Assembly (NCBI GenBank): GCA_018816945.1
Contig: JAHIVC010000010.1
Coordinates: forward strand, 69,258 to 133,257
Direction of reading: 5' to 3'
Source: Bacteroidota bacterium
GTDB lineage: Bacteria; Bacteroidota; Bacteroidia; Bacteroidales; GCA-2711565
Length of the DNA: 64,000 bases
Part shown: positions 30,304 to 39,173 of the stretch, piece after piece
Numbering within the stretch: the first letter of the stretch is position 1
How the letters are laid out: each line of letters opens with the position of its first letter
Program-made: the position numbers and the translations under genes
The notes under the pieces: model-generated
Databases searched by the model: none
What the model was told of the DNA's origin: nothing
What the model saw: the letters and a program-made list of their open reading frames with translations, nothing else

Positions 30304-31530
30304 ATGAATACTCCTAATTCAATTTTAATTCATGATTTTGATTATTTGCTTCCGCAGGAGCGGATTGCTAAATTCCCGATGGCACAAAGAGATCAATCAA
30401 AATTATTGATATATAACGCTGGGGGAATTCATAAAGATTTTTTTTACAATATAGCTCAACACCTTCCTGAAAATAGTTTAGTCTTCTTTAATGAAACCAA
30501 AGTTATACAGGCAAGGCTTCAGTTCCGGAGAGAATCAGGAGGTAAAATCGAAATATTTTGTCTGGAGCCAAAACAGCCTACTTCCGAAATCCAGCTTGCT
30601 TTTCAGCAAAGCAGTCCGGTTGTATGGAAATGCTTAATTGGGAATGCAAAAAGATGGAAGGAAGTGAGTATAAAAAAAAGGATCAAAATTGATCAGCAGG
30701 AAGTCGAATTTTTTGCAAAAAAGATTGGAAAAGAAGTAGAAACTTATTTGGTTGAATTTAGCTGGAACCCTTCACTTTTTAACTTTTCACAACTTCTCGA
30801 ATCTACCGGATTGGTTCCATTACCGCCTTATTTAAACCGAGAGGCTGAAAAGGAGGATAAAGAACGTTACCAAACCATTTATGCCCAATATAATGGATCG
30901 GTGGCTGCTCCAACCGCAGGTTTGCATTTTACCGATGAGGTTTTTGAAAAGCTTAAAGAAAAGAATATTCATTCGGATAAGGTGATCTTGCACGTTGGGG
31001 CCGGGACTTTTAAACCAGTATCTACCGACAGTATTGAAGCACACGAAATGCATACCGAAAAAATCATCATTCAAAAATCAACCATTAAAAAATTGATTGA
31101 AAAGCAAGGTGAAAAGATCATTGTGGTTGGAACAACAACCTTGCGTACCCTGGAAAGTTTGTATTGGTTTGGCGCGAAATTAATGATTAATGAACCTCCT
31201 GTATTCCGTATTCTCCAATGGGATCCTTATCAGGAAAAGTATCAACTTGAAAATTCTACAATTGAAGTCTTAGTAAAGATCGTCGAATATATGGATCAAA
31301 ATGATTTGAGTGAACTGCACGGAGAAACTCAGTTGATGATCGCGCCGGGATATCAAATCAAGATAGCGGATATTCTCATAACAAATTTTCATCAACCCAA
31401 AAGTACCTTGCTCTTGCTGGTTTCTGCTTTTATTGGGGAAGATTGGAAGAAGGCCTATCAATATGCCATGGACAACGAGTTTCGCTTTTTGAGCTACGGT
31501 GATTCATGTTTGTTTTTTAGTGAAAAATAA
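30304..31530 (+). CDS. queA: S-adenosylmethionine:tRNA ribosyltransferase-isomerase
   Basis: 408 aa; ERIAKFP, VAAPTAGLHFT and TNFHQPKSTLLLLVSAF motifs. About 50 aa longer than E. coli QueA. Confidence 0.9.
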   Translation: MNTPNSILIHDFDYLLPQERIAKFPMAQRDQSKLLIYNAGGIHKDFFYNIAQHLPENSLVFFNETKVIQARLQFRRESGGKIEIFCLEPKQPTSEIQLAFQQSSPVVWKCLIGNAKRWKEVSIKKRIKIDQQEVEFFAKKIGKEVETYLVEFSWNPSLFNFSQLLESTGLVPLPPYLNREAEKEDKERYQTIYAQYNGSVAAPTAGLHFTDEVFEKLKEKNIHSDKVILHVGAGTFKPVSTDSIEAHEMHTEKIIIQKSTIKKLIEKQGEKIIVVGTTTLRTLESLYWFGAKLMINEPPVFRILQWDPYQEKYQLENSTIEVLVKIVEYMDQNDLSELHGETQLMIAPGYQIKIADILITNFHQPKSTLLLLVSAFIGEDWKKAYQYAMDNEFRFLSYGDSCLFFSEK

Positions 31531-31580
31531 GGAGATTTCCATTTTCCCCCAATATTTCTTTTTTGGATTGTTTTTCTTTT

Positions 31581-31588
31581 TAAATTTG
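31581..31588 (+). promoter_or_regulatory. putative -7 promoter box TAAATTTG
   Basis: Fits TAnnTTTG; it would give a ~260-nt leader ahead of the MATE gene. Confidence 0.35.
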
Positions 31589-31736
31589 CTTCTTATGAAA
31601 ATCACGGTCACATATCCCCGAGTCTAAGTTCTGAATTAACCATCTGTTAATTTCCCGGACTTTCAATTATTGTGGTTTACCACCACGCAATTATCATTTT
31701 ATTATTTAATCAAACAAATTTTTAGGAGGAACCATC

Positions 31737-31874
31737 ATGAAAACAAATTTACTGCCAGTATTGGATATTGTCGGAATTGAGCTTAACATAAGCCATAAAA
31801 ACAGACAAATTATGAAAGAAAAAACATTAGATAAACCAGTTAAACACAGATTAAAATGGGAATTAACGATATAA
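31737..31874 (+). CDS. 45-aa upstream ORF (candidate leader peptide) overlapping the MATE start
   Basis: AGGAGGA (31724-31730) lies 6-7 nt before the ATG. Own translation: MKTNLLPVLDIVGIELNISHKNRQIMKEKTLDKPVKHRLKWELTI. The stop lies 16 nt past the MATE ATG, in another frame. Confidence 0.3.
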   Translation: MKTNLLPVLDIVGIELNISHKNRQIMKEKTLDKPVKHRLKWELTI

Positions 31875-33292
31875 AATCAAATTATATTTATTTTAAAAAA
31901 TTGAAATTAAGCAATATTTGGAATAACATCAAAGAAGCAATTGCCGGTACAGATCAGGATTTCACTAAAGGAAGCCTGCCTCGTGCTATCTTTCTGCTCT
32001 CCGTGCCAATGGTTCTGGAGATGATCATGGAATCGGTATTCGCAGTTGTCGACATCTTCTTTGTATCAAGACTGGGTGCAGATGCCGTTGCCACCGTTGG
32101 GATTACCGAAGCGGTAATGACTTTGGTGTATGCCATCGGTTTCGGCCTGGCCATGGCAACCACTGCAATGGTCTCCCGTCGAATTGGAGAGCATAAACCA
32201 AAAGAAGCCGCCACTACAGCCTTTCAGGCTATTATTACCGGGATTTTCATTTCATTGTTGATTGCGATTCCGGGCTATATTTTTGCCGAGGATATCATTC
32301 GCCTAATGGGAGCTTCACACAACATGGTTTACAATTTATCAGGATATACCAGAATAATGTTGGGAGGGAACGTTGTAATCATGTTGCTTTTCATCATTAA
32401 TGCCGTATTTCGAAGTGCCGGTGATGCGGCCATTTCGATGCGTGTATTGTGGTTTGCAAATATTATCAATATTATATTGGATCCCTGCTTGATTTTCGGA
32501 CTCGGTCCATTTCCGGAATTAGGGATTGCAGGTGCTGCTATCGCAACCAATATTGGTAGGGGTTCTGCAGTTGTTTATCAGTTTTATATATTGTTCAGAG
32601 GTAAACGGCGGATAAAATTAGGAATGGATAACCTTAAAATTGAAATCAATCTTATTTGGCGGTTGATCAAACTCTCATTGGGAGGGATAGGTCAAAATAT
32701 CATTGCAACTTCAAGCTGGATTGGATTGGTGCGCATCGTTTCAATTTATGGAAGTGAAGTTGTTGCAGCCTATACCATTGCCATTCGGGTAATGGTTTTT
32801 ACTTTGATGCCATCCTGGGGTTTAAGCAATGCTGCTGCAACTTTGGTAGGGCAAAATTTGGGAGCCAACCAACCCGATCGGGCAGAACGATCCGTATGGT
32901 TAACAGGCCGAATTAATATGATTGTTATGGGTCTGATCAGCATCTTTTTTATCGTGATGCCTGAAGTATTCATAGGTGTATTTATTTCGGATATAAAAGT
33001 AGTTGAGGTAGGAAGTATTTCTTTGCGGATTATGAGCTATGGATTTATTGCCTATGCAATGGGAATGGTGTTGATTAATTCGTTTAACGGAGCAGGAGAT
33101 ACCCGTACGCCAACCCTTATCAATCTGATTGCCTTTTGGATCATTGAAATTCCTTTGGCTTATTTTTTGGCAATAGGATTGAATCTAAGAGAAAACGGCG
33201 TATTTATATCGATTGTAATTTCCGAAACAATACTAACACTCATGGCCTTTTATTTTTTCAGGCAGGGAAAGTGGAAATTGATGAAAGTTTAA
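31856..33292 (+). CDS. MATE family efflux transporter
   Basis: 478 aa; 12 predicted TM segments and a typical MATE N-terminus (LSVPMVLEMIMESVFAVVDIFFVSRLG). Confidence 0.9.
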   Translation: MGINDIKSNYIYFKKLKLSNIWNNIKEAIAGTDQDFTKGSLPRAIFLLSVPMVLEMIMESVFAVVDIFFVSRLGADAVATVGITEAVMTLVYAIGFGLAMATTAMVSRRIGEHKPKEAATTAFQAIITGIFISLLIAIPGYIFAEDIIRLMGASHNMVYNLSGYTRIMLGGNVVIMLLFIINAVFRSAGDAAISMRVLWFANIINIILDPCLIFGLGPFPELGIAGAAIATNIGRGSAVVYQFYILFRGKRRIKLGMDNLKIEINLIWRLIKLSLGGIGQNIIATSSWIGLVRIVSIYGSEVVAAYTIAIRVMVFTLMPSWGLSNAAATLVGQNLGANQPDRAERSVWLTGRINMIVMGLISIFFIVMPEVFIGVFISDIKVVEVGSISLRIMSYGFIAYAMGMVLINSFNGAGDTRTPTLINLIAFWIIEIPLAYFLAIGLNLRENGVFISIVISETILTLMAFYFFRQGKWKLMKV

Positions 33293-33310
33293 TACCATTT
33301 ATTAGTTAAG

Positions 33311-33341
33311 TGAGGGGGGTGTATTTTTTTCCTCCCCCTCA
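33311..33341 (+). terminator. possible terminator hairpin after the MATE gene
   Basis: TGAGGGGG...CCCCCTCA 8-bp GC stem with a T-rich loop; the trailing T tract is weak. Confidence 0.4.
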
Positions 33342-33418
33342 TTCTGTCTCTCTCAATTTGGCTTAATTATTGTAAGGTTTTGGTATAATATTAAATGTTT
33401 AACCTCCAAATAATTGAC

Positions 33419-34117
33419 ATGATGAAAAAGAAAATTTTATGGCTGATCTTGTTTTCTGCTTTTATTGTGCAGGGATCATTCGCTCAAGATAATACAAGGA
33501 CCAAAAAGGTTACTCTAAAAGGGTCTGTTATGGATACAGACAATCATCCTATAAAAAATGCAACGCTGATTGTTCCTGGTTCCAAACATGCAAAAAGAAC
33601 AAATAAAAAGGGTCATTTTAAAATGAAAATAGAAGCATCAACAGAAAAAGTGATGGCTCTCACAACTTTAAATGGGTATTTGGAAAAGAAATATACCGGT
33701 GAGCCAAACCTCGATTTTGTACTCCCCAATGCTTCCGATTATAATTATGCTGAAGATCAAAAAAACAGGAGTAAAGAATTGATCGCACGTGGTTATAACG
33801 AAGATATCGTATATGAAAATTCGATTGATGCTGTGGATTTTAATGGGCGAAAAATAAACCCTTATAAATATATAAGTTTTGAGGAATTATTGGATAAAGA
33901 AATGAGTCCAAATATTTTCGTTGTTAGTCGTTCCGGCTTATATATTGTTGATGGGGTAAAGATTCAGGGAATTTGGGGACTAAAACATGTTAAACCAATA
34001 AATATAAAGTCAATTGAAATTGTGGATATTGGATTAACACTGCCTTTCTATGGCATCGAAGGTATTTATGGCGTTTGCAAAGTAACAACGAAAAATGCCA
34101 TGGCTGAGAATAAATAA
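33419..34117 (+). CDS. secreted CarboxypepD_reg-like plus plug-like fragment protein (no barrel)
   Basis: Signal peptide and an LKGSVMDTDNHPIKNATLIV regulatory-domain motif. The C-terminal YIVDGVKI...IKSIEIVDIG...YGIEGIYGVCKVTTKN resembles the first half of a TonB-dependent receptor plug. Confidence 0.55.
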   Translation: MMKKKILWLILFSAFIVQGSFAQDNTRTKKVTLKGSVMDTDNHPIKNATLIVPGSKHAKRTNKKGHFKMKIEASTEKVMALTTLNGYLEKKYTGEPNLDFVLPNASDYNYAEDQKNRSKELIARGYNEDIVYENSIDAVDFNGRKINPYKYISFEELLDKEMSPNIFVVSRSGLYIVDGVKIQGIWGLKHVKPINIKSIEIVDIGLTLPFYGIEGIYGVCKVTTKNAMAENK

Positions 34118-34221
34118 GAGTAGAATAAAGCTATCATCATTTTTATCTCTAAAAAGAAGCACATTTTATGCTAAAATAATATAGCAACCTATTTTTATTA
34201 GAAAACTGCTACTTTTGCATC

Positions 34222-34824
34222 ATGAGTTTAAGTGGCATTACCGGAATTGTTTTAGCAGGTGGCAAAAGCCGTCGCATGGGCAATGAAAAGGGTTTGATCG
34301 AATTAAATTCCAAGCCGTTAATTCAGTATGCCATTGATGCGCTTGAGCCAATTTGCGAAACCATTTTAATTAGTACCAACTCACATTTTTATGATTTTCT
34401 GCCTTATCAAAAAATAACTGATGAGTTTCCGAATAGCGGCCCGATGGGAGGGATTTATTCCTGCTTAAAAGCTTCAAAAACGGATCAAAATCTGGTGCTT
34501 TCCTGCGATATGCCATTTATCAAATCTCAGCTTTTAGCAGATTTAATTGAAAATTCAGATGGGTTTGATATCGTTGTACCATGGCATGGCGAACAACAAT
34601 TCGAACCCATATGTGCCTTTTATCGAAAAAATGTGGAACCGACATTTCGTATTTTTATTTTGCAAAAAAACTATAAAATTCCCGATGCTTTTGATCGATT
34701 GAAAACCAAAAAATTTGAGATTAATACAAACCTCCATTATTATTCAACAGATCTTTTTTTTAATGTTAATTCTCAGGAAGAATTTTTCGTTTTACAAGGA
34801 AAATTAAAGTCAGATCATGATTAG
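34222..34824 (+). CDS. mobA: molybdenum cofactor guanylyltransferase
   Basis: 200 aa; N-terminal GIVLAGGKSRRMG motif. Confidence 0.85.
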   Translation: MSLSGITGIVLAGGKSRRMGNEKGLIELNSKPLIQYAIDALEPICETILISTNSHFYDFLPYQKITDEFPNSGPMGGIYSCLKASKTDQNLVLSCDMPFIKSQLLADLIENSDGFDIVVPWHGEQQFEPICAFYRKNVEPTFRIFILQKNYKIPDAFDRLKTKKFEINTNLHYYSTDLFFNVNSQEEFFVLQGKLKSDHD

Positions 34825-35362
34825 CCAACCCAATCTTTTGCTCATAGCCGGAACGGGCCGCAATGTCGGTAAAACAAGCCTCGCTTGTGCATTAATTGAT
34901 CAAACCTCAATTTCTCATAAAGTAATAGGAGTGAAGATTTCCCCTCATTTTCATCAAATATCTCCAACAGAAAAACCAATTATTAAGTCCGAAAACTTTG
35001 AAATAATTGAAGAATTAAATTCAGATGGGAATAAGGATAGTTCCAGAATGTTGAAAGCAGGTGCATCGAGGGTGTTTTATGTGCAGACCAAAAGTGATAT
35101 TGCCTTGATTGAAGTGATGAAGGAGCTTCAACAATTTTGGTTTGATGATACGGCCGTTATTTGCGAATCGGGAGGCCTCAGGCATTTTATTGAACCTGGA
35201 TTGTTTATGGTTTGTCGATCTGCAGATCAACCTGAAATAAAGCCTCATTTAAATGTGCTTGAGCCAAAAGTTGATCAATTTATATTATTTCAGGAAAACG
35301 GTTTTGATTTATCAAGGGTCAAATTTGAAAATCATAAATGGTCAATCATTGAAGCTCTTTGA
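34817..35362 (+). CDS. P-loop protein, possibly MobB-like
   Basis: Walker A GTGRNVGKTS. An 8-nt overlap with mobA suggests co-translation. The family assignment is inferred from context only. Confidence 0.45.
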   Translation: MISQPNLLLIAGTGRNVGKTSLACALIDQTSISHKVIGVKISPHFHQISPTEKPIIKSENFEIIEELNSDGNKDSSRMLKAGASRVFYVQTKSDIALIEVMKELQQFWFDDTAVICESGGLRHFIEPGLFMVCRSADQPEIKPHLNVLEPKVDQFILFQENGFDLSRVKFENHKWSIIEAL

Positions 35363-35426
35363 GTTTAATTTTCATTCGTAAAAAAATAACAGAACCCTGA
35401 TTGGGAATTAAAACACATTCTAAAGG

Positions 35427-36128
35427 TTATCCAAGCCTACAGACACTTTCTAATCGTTCAGGATCCAGCAATTTAATCCTTTTCCCATCAATTTGAATTA
35501 TTTTATCCTTACGGAATTCGGATAAAATCCGGATCACGTTTTCGGTTGTCATTTCAATTAATTCAGCGATCTCACGTCTTGATACCGGAAGCTCAAATTC
35601 ATCACTTTGATAAATGTGTGTAGAGAAAAATATAAGGATATATGCGATTCTCCCCCTTAAATGCTTTTTGTTGATTTCAAATCTATTCTCAATAATGTCA
35701 TCATACATCTTGCTCATTTTTTTCATGATGTCGATGGCGAATGTTCCGTTATTTTTGATCACCTCTTTTAAAGCATCCATCTCAACTGAGCAAACAACGC
35801 TATCTTCAAGCGCGGAAATGGAATATTTGTAAGTTGAAAGAGAAAACATGCTTAATAGCGATATAAAATCACGTGGTTTTGCGATGCTTATGATTTGATC
35901 CTTATTATTAGGAGATTGTTTGTAAAGTTTTACCAAGCCTTGCTTTAAGTAAAGGAAAGAAGCGATATCCTGACCTTCGGTACTGATGATCTCGCCTTTT
36001 TTGAATAACATTTCCTTTTTATTTCTATTAAGTAAATTCAGCTCATTATCATTTAGTCCGCCGAATAACAGTCGGTTGTAAATACATGTCTTACAGTGAT
36101 TTGATTTGATGATCTCAGGCATATTCAC
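35427..36128 (-). CDS. Crp/Fnr family transcriptional regulator
   Basis: 233 aa; cNMP-binding-like beta-roll plus a C-terminal HTH (SRREIAELIEMTTENVIRILSEF). N-terminal CxxC (HCKTCIY). Confidence 0.85.
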   Translation of the reverse strand: MNMPEIIKSNHCKTCIYNRLLFGGLNDNELNLLNRNKKEMLFKKGEIISTEGQDIASFLYLKQGLVKLYKQSPNNKDQIISIAKPRDFISLLSMFSLSTYKYSISALEDSVVCSVEMDALKEVIKNNGTFAIDIMKKMSKMYDDIIENRFEINKKHLRGRIAYILIFFSTHIYQSDEFELPVSRREIAELIEMTTENVIRILSEFRKDKIIQIDGKRIKLLDPERLESVCRLG

Positions 36129-36166
36129 TAAGATTTTACATAAACATATCTATAAATATAAATACT

Positions 36167-36180
36167 ATGATATATATCAT
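36167..36180. promoter_or_regulatory. FNR/CRP-type palindrome ATGATATATATCAT
   Basis: Perfect 14-bp palindrome with the TGAT-N4-ATCA core of the TTGAT-N4-ATCAA consensus; lies in the divergent spacer between the Crp/Fnr gene and the SQR-like gene. Confidence 0.55.
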
Positions 36181-36213
36181 ATCTAGAAACTTGTATAGGT
36201 TCTTGACCGTTGT

Positions 36214-36221
36214 TAATTTTG
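36214..36221 (+). promoter_or_regulatory. putative -7 promoter box TAATTTTG
   Basis: Fits TAnnTTTG; 72 nt upstream of ATG 36293 and about 40 nt downstream of the palindrome. Confidence 0.45.
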
Positions 36222-36292
36222 TAACAAATTTATATTGAATTCAGATAAATACTTATATACAAACATACAAATATTATAAAATATAACATCAG

Positions 36293-37522
36293 ATGAAGAA
36301 ACTATTAATCTTAGGAGCAGGTACAGGTGGAACTATTATGGCCAACAAAATGAGAAAAGTTCTTGAAAGGGATGAGTGGGATATCACGATTGTTGACCAG
36401 TTTAAGATGCATTATTATCAACCGGGATTTTTGTTTATTCCTTTTGGAATGTACAAAAAGAACGATGTAATTAAGCCTAAAAGTGATTTTTTCCCTATAG
36501 GATTGAATGTAATTTACAGCAAGATTGATAAAATCGAGCCGGAAAATAACAGGGTTTTACTTGAGGAAGGGGTAGTTTTAAATTACGATTATTTAATCAT
36601 TGCCACAGGAACGCGAACAGCTCCTGAAGAAACTCCCGGTTTGAAAGGCGATTTGTGGTATAAGGATATTTTCGACTTTTATACCATTGAAGGAGCTGTT
36701 GCACTTGCAGATTATTTTAAAACTTGGAAAGGCGGCAAATTGGTTGTAAATATTGCTGAACTTCCTTTTAAATGCCCTGTAGCACCGCTCGAGTTTGTAT
36801 TTTTTGCCGATGCTTTTTTTACAGAAAGGGGACTGCGTGACAAAGTAGAAATCACTTATGTTACTCCATTACCTGGTGCCTTTACTAAGCCAAGGGCTAC
36901 CAAAATGTTGGGTGAACTTTTAAAGGATAAGAATATCAACATTATTCCTGATTTTAATATTGCAGAAGTTGATAATGTAAATAAAAAAATTATTGACTAT
37001 GCAGGTGTTGAGGTACCTTTCGATTGTTTAGTTTCGGTACCAACCAATATGGGCGATCCGATGATCGAACGAAGCGGAATGGGGGACGAACTTAACTTTG
37101 TTCCTACCGATAAATATACCTTGCAATCGCAAAAAGCCGAAAATATATTCGTGATCGGTGATGCTGCAAATGTGCCGACTTCTAAGGCCGGATCAGTAGT
37201 TCACTTCGAAGCTGATATCCTTCAGGAAAATTTATTGTGTGCAATTGAAGGACGACCCTTTACTGCGAAATTCGACGGGCATGCAAATTGTTATATCGAA
37301 ACCGGTTATGGAAAAGGGACCTTGATCGATTTTAATTATGATACTGAACCGCTTGCAGGATCATTCCCATTTCCGGGAATTGGACCATTCGGACTTCTGA
37401 AAGTTACGCGGATGAACCATTATGGCAAATTAATTTTCCGTTGGATTTATTGGCACATCCTTTTAAAAGGAAAAGAAATGCCTATCGATTCGGAGATGCA
37501 AATGGCAGGAAAAAAATTATAA
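36293..37522 (+). CDS. FAD-dependent pyridine nucleotide-disulfide oxidoreductase, sulfide:quinone-reductase-like
   Basis: 409 aa; N-terminal dinucleotide fold LILGAGTGGT. Candidate redox cysteines occur in FKCPVAPLEF and HANCYIE, and the SQR-like size and architecture fit. Confidence 0.75.
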   Translation: MKKLLILGAGTGGTIMANKMRKVLERDEWDITIVDQFKMHYYQPGFLFIPFGMYKKNDVIKPKSDFFPIGLNVIYSKIDKIEPENNRVLLEEGVVLNYDYLIIATGTRTAPEETPGLKGDLWYKDIFDFYTIEGAVALADYFKTWKGGKLVVNIAELPFKCPVAPLEFVFFADAFFTERGLRDKVEITYVTPLPGAFTKPRATKMLGELLKDKNINIIPDFNIAEVDNVNKKIIDYAGVEVPFDCLVSVPTNMGDPMIERSGMGDELNFVPTDKYTLQSQKAENIFVIGDAANVPTSKAGSVVHFEADILQENLLCAIEGRPFTAKFDGHANCYIETGYGKGTLIDFNYDTEPLAGSFPFPGIGPFGLLKVTRMNHYGKLIFRWIYWHILLKGKEMPIDSEMQMAGKKL

Positions 37523-37563
37523 ACCAAGTCATTTTTACCGACTGTATAAAAAATAAAACGAAA

Positions 37564-38232
37564 ATGACAGACATAGAAATTCAATCAAAATTCGATGATA
37601 TAAACAGGAAACTTGACATGGTTTTGGAAGAAGTTCTTGCTCAAAAGCAATCGCGCCAAACCGTTGAAGACCTTGTGACTGATGTTTCGCTAATTGGTAC
37701 CGATATATTTAAAGCTACTGTTGTTGAACTCGACAATGCAGGAATAGAGGTTGACGGGGAGGCCCTGAAACAACTGGCATTTAAATTCATAAGAAATATA
37801 GATACCTTTAACGAACTATTCGGAATGCTTGAAAGCGCCAACGACTTGATCAAGGATGTAACGCCTATCATTCATCAGGTTGGGCTTGACAGTATTAAAA
37901 AAATGAATGAACTCGAACAAAAAGGATATTTTGAGTTTATTGCAGAACTTGGCCGAATGATCGATAATGTTGTTACCCATTTTGGTGCCGAGGATGTTAA
38001 AAAACTTTCAGACAATATCGTACCGATGCTCGAACTGGTTAAGAGCCTTACTCAGCCAGAAATGTTACAGGCATTTACGAATGGGGTAAACGTATATAAA
38101 AGCTTAAATACCGAAAACATTCCCGAATATTCGCTCTGGAAAATTATGAGAGAAATAAACACCCCGGAGATGAAAAAAGGAATGGGTTTCATGATTACAT
38201 TCTTAAAAAATATAGTAAAAGAAAATAAATAA
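37564..38232 (+). CDS. DUF1641-like protein
   Basis: 222 aa helical protein. Start set to ATG 37564 (MTDIEIQSKF) because the ORF-track start overlaps the SQR-like gene by 82 nt. Family recalled from its usual position after SQR-like flavoproteins. Confidence 0.6.
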   Translation: MTDIEIQSKFDDINRKLDMVLEEVLAQKQSRQTVEDLVTDVSLIGTDIFKATVVELDNAGIEVDGEALKQLAFKFIRNIDTFNELFGMLESANDLIKDVTPIIHQVGLDSIKKMNELEQKGYFEFIAELGRMIDNVVTHFGAEDVKKLSDNIVPMLELVKSLTQPEMLQAFTNGVNVYKSLNTENIPEYSLWKIMREINTPEMKKGMGFMITFLKNIVKENK

Positions 38233-38251
38233 CATTTTAAAACATAGCATT

Positions 38252-38563
38252 ATGGCAACAAAAACAATAGCAGGAGTATCTGTAGACGTATCAGGTGAAG
38301 GTTATATGAACGATCCATCACAATGGACAAAAGAAATAGCTACAGAAATTGCAAAAGAAGAAGGGATTGATTTAACCGATAAACATTTTGAATTAATCAA
38401 TTGGATCAGAACCAAAGTAATGAGTGGCGAAGCCTTAACTATTCGTGGAATTGGGAAATCAGGCATTGTTGATATCAAAGAATTTTACCAATTATTCCCG
38501 GGCGCACCACTGAAAAAAGCAACCAAAATTTCGGGCGTACCAAAACCGGCTAGTTGTATCTAA
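38252..38563 (+). CDS. TusE/DsrC family sulfur-relay protein (single-Cys type)
   Basis: 103 aa; C-terminal GVPKPASCI arm with the penultimate Cys. The second DsrC Cys, expected about 11 residues upstream, is Thr. Confidence 0.8.
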   Translation: MATKTIAGVSVDVSGEGYMNDPSQWTKEIATEIAKEEGIDLTDKHFELINWIRTKVMSGEALTIRGIGKSGIVDIKEFYQLFPGAPLKKATKISGVPKPASCI

Positions 38564-38588
38564 TCATAAAAACTAAAGCACTAAAATC

Positions 38589-39092
38589 ATGGAAAACAAA
38601 ACTGAAACTCCATTAAAAAAAGTATGCCTTATTTGCGCAAAAGGAAGTATTGAAGATGTTTATGCAACCTTGGTGATGGGTAATGGCGCAGTAATGGAAG
38701 GCATTGAAACCAAAATTTTCTTTACTTTTTTCGGCCTTGATGCCATTACAAAAAAGCAAATGAAAAAATTGCATACCTCAACGCTTGGAAATCCTGCAAT
38801 GCGAATGCCGGGTGGTTTGCCCTTCCCAAGCATTCTTGGGATGTTACCGGGTGTAGAAGCCGGTGTATCAGCAATGATGAAAAAGCAAATGGAAGCTTTG
38901 GATATGCCTCCGGTTGACGAATTTTTGGATATGATTACCGCAGGGGGCGGCGAAATTTATGCATGTAAATTAGCTGTTGAAATGTTCAAACTTAAAAAGG
39001 AAGATTTTAACGAAAACGTTAAGGATATCATCACCATTGGTGATTTTTACGGAATGTGTGGTGGTGAAAATACGCAGGTAATCTTTACCTAA
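38589..39092 (+). CDS. DsrE/DsrF-like family protein
   Basis: 167 aa; the KKVCLICAKGS N-terminus and GGEIYACKLAVEMF segment are typical of the DsrE-like (DrsE_2) fold. Confidence 0.7.
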   Translation: MENKTETPLKKVCLICAKGSIEDVYATLVMGNGAVMEGIETKIFFTFFGLDAITKKQMKKLHTSTLGNPAMRMPGGLPFPSILGMLPGVEAGVSAMMKKQMEALDMPPVDEFLDMITAGGGEIYACKLAVEMFKLKKEDFNENVKDIITIGDFYGMCGGENTQVIFT

Positions 39093-39133
39093 AATTTGAC
39101 TGAGGTTTAATTTTCCAATGGAATTGATACTAA

Positions 39134-39160
39134 CCTGCGAGGGTTTTAAACTCTCGCAGG
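39134..39160 (+). repeat. hairpin CCTGCGAG-N11-CTCGCAGG
   Basis: 8-bp GC-rich stem read directly. Confidence 0.75.
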
Positions 39161-39173
39161 GTTGTGATGCTTT

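Noticed and set aside
31595-31855. Riboswitch upstream of the MATE pump (guanidine-I/II/III, fluoride, preQ1)
   Set aside because: I compared the leader by eye with the conserved cores I remember: ACGR loops of mini-ykkC, the GC-rich guanidine-III pseudoknot, and crcB motif elements. None was present. Only an Rfam scan could settle this.
37441-37563. N-terminal extension of the DUF1641-like ORF
   Set aside because: It overlaps the SQR-like gene by 82 nt in another frame. ATG 37564, just after the SQR stop, is the natural start.
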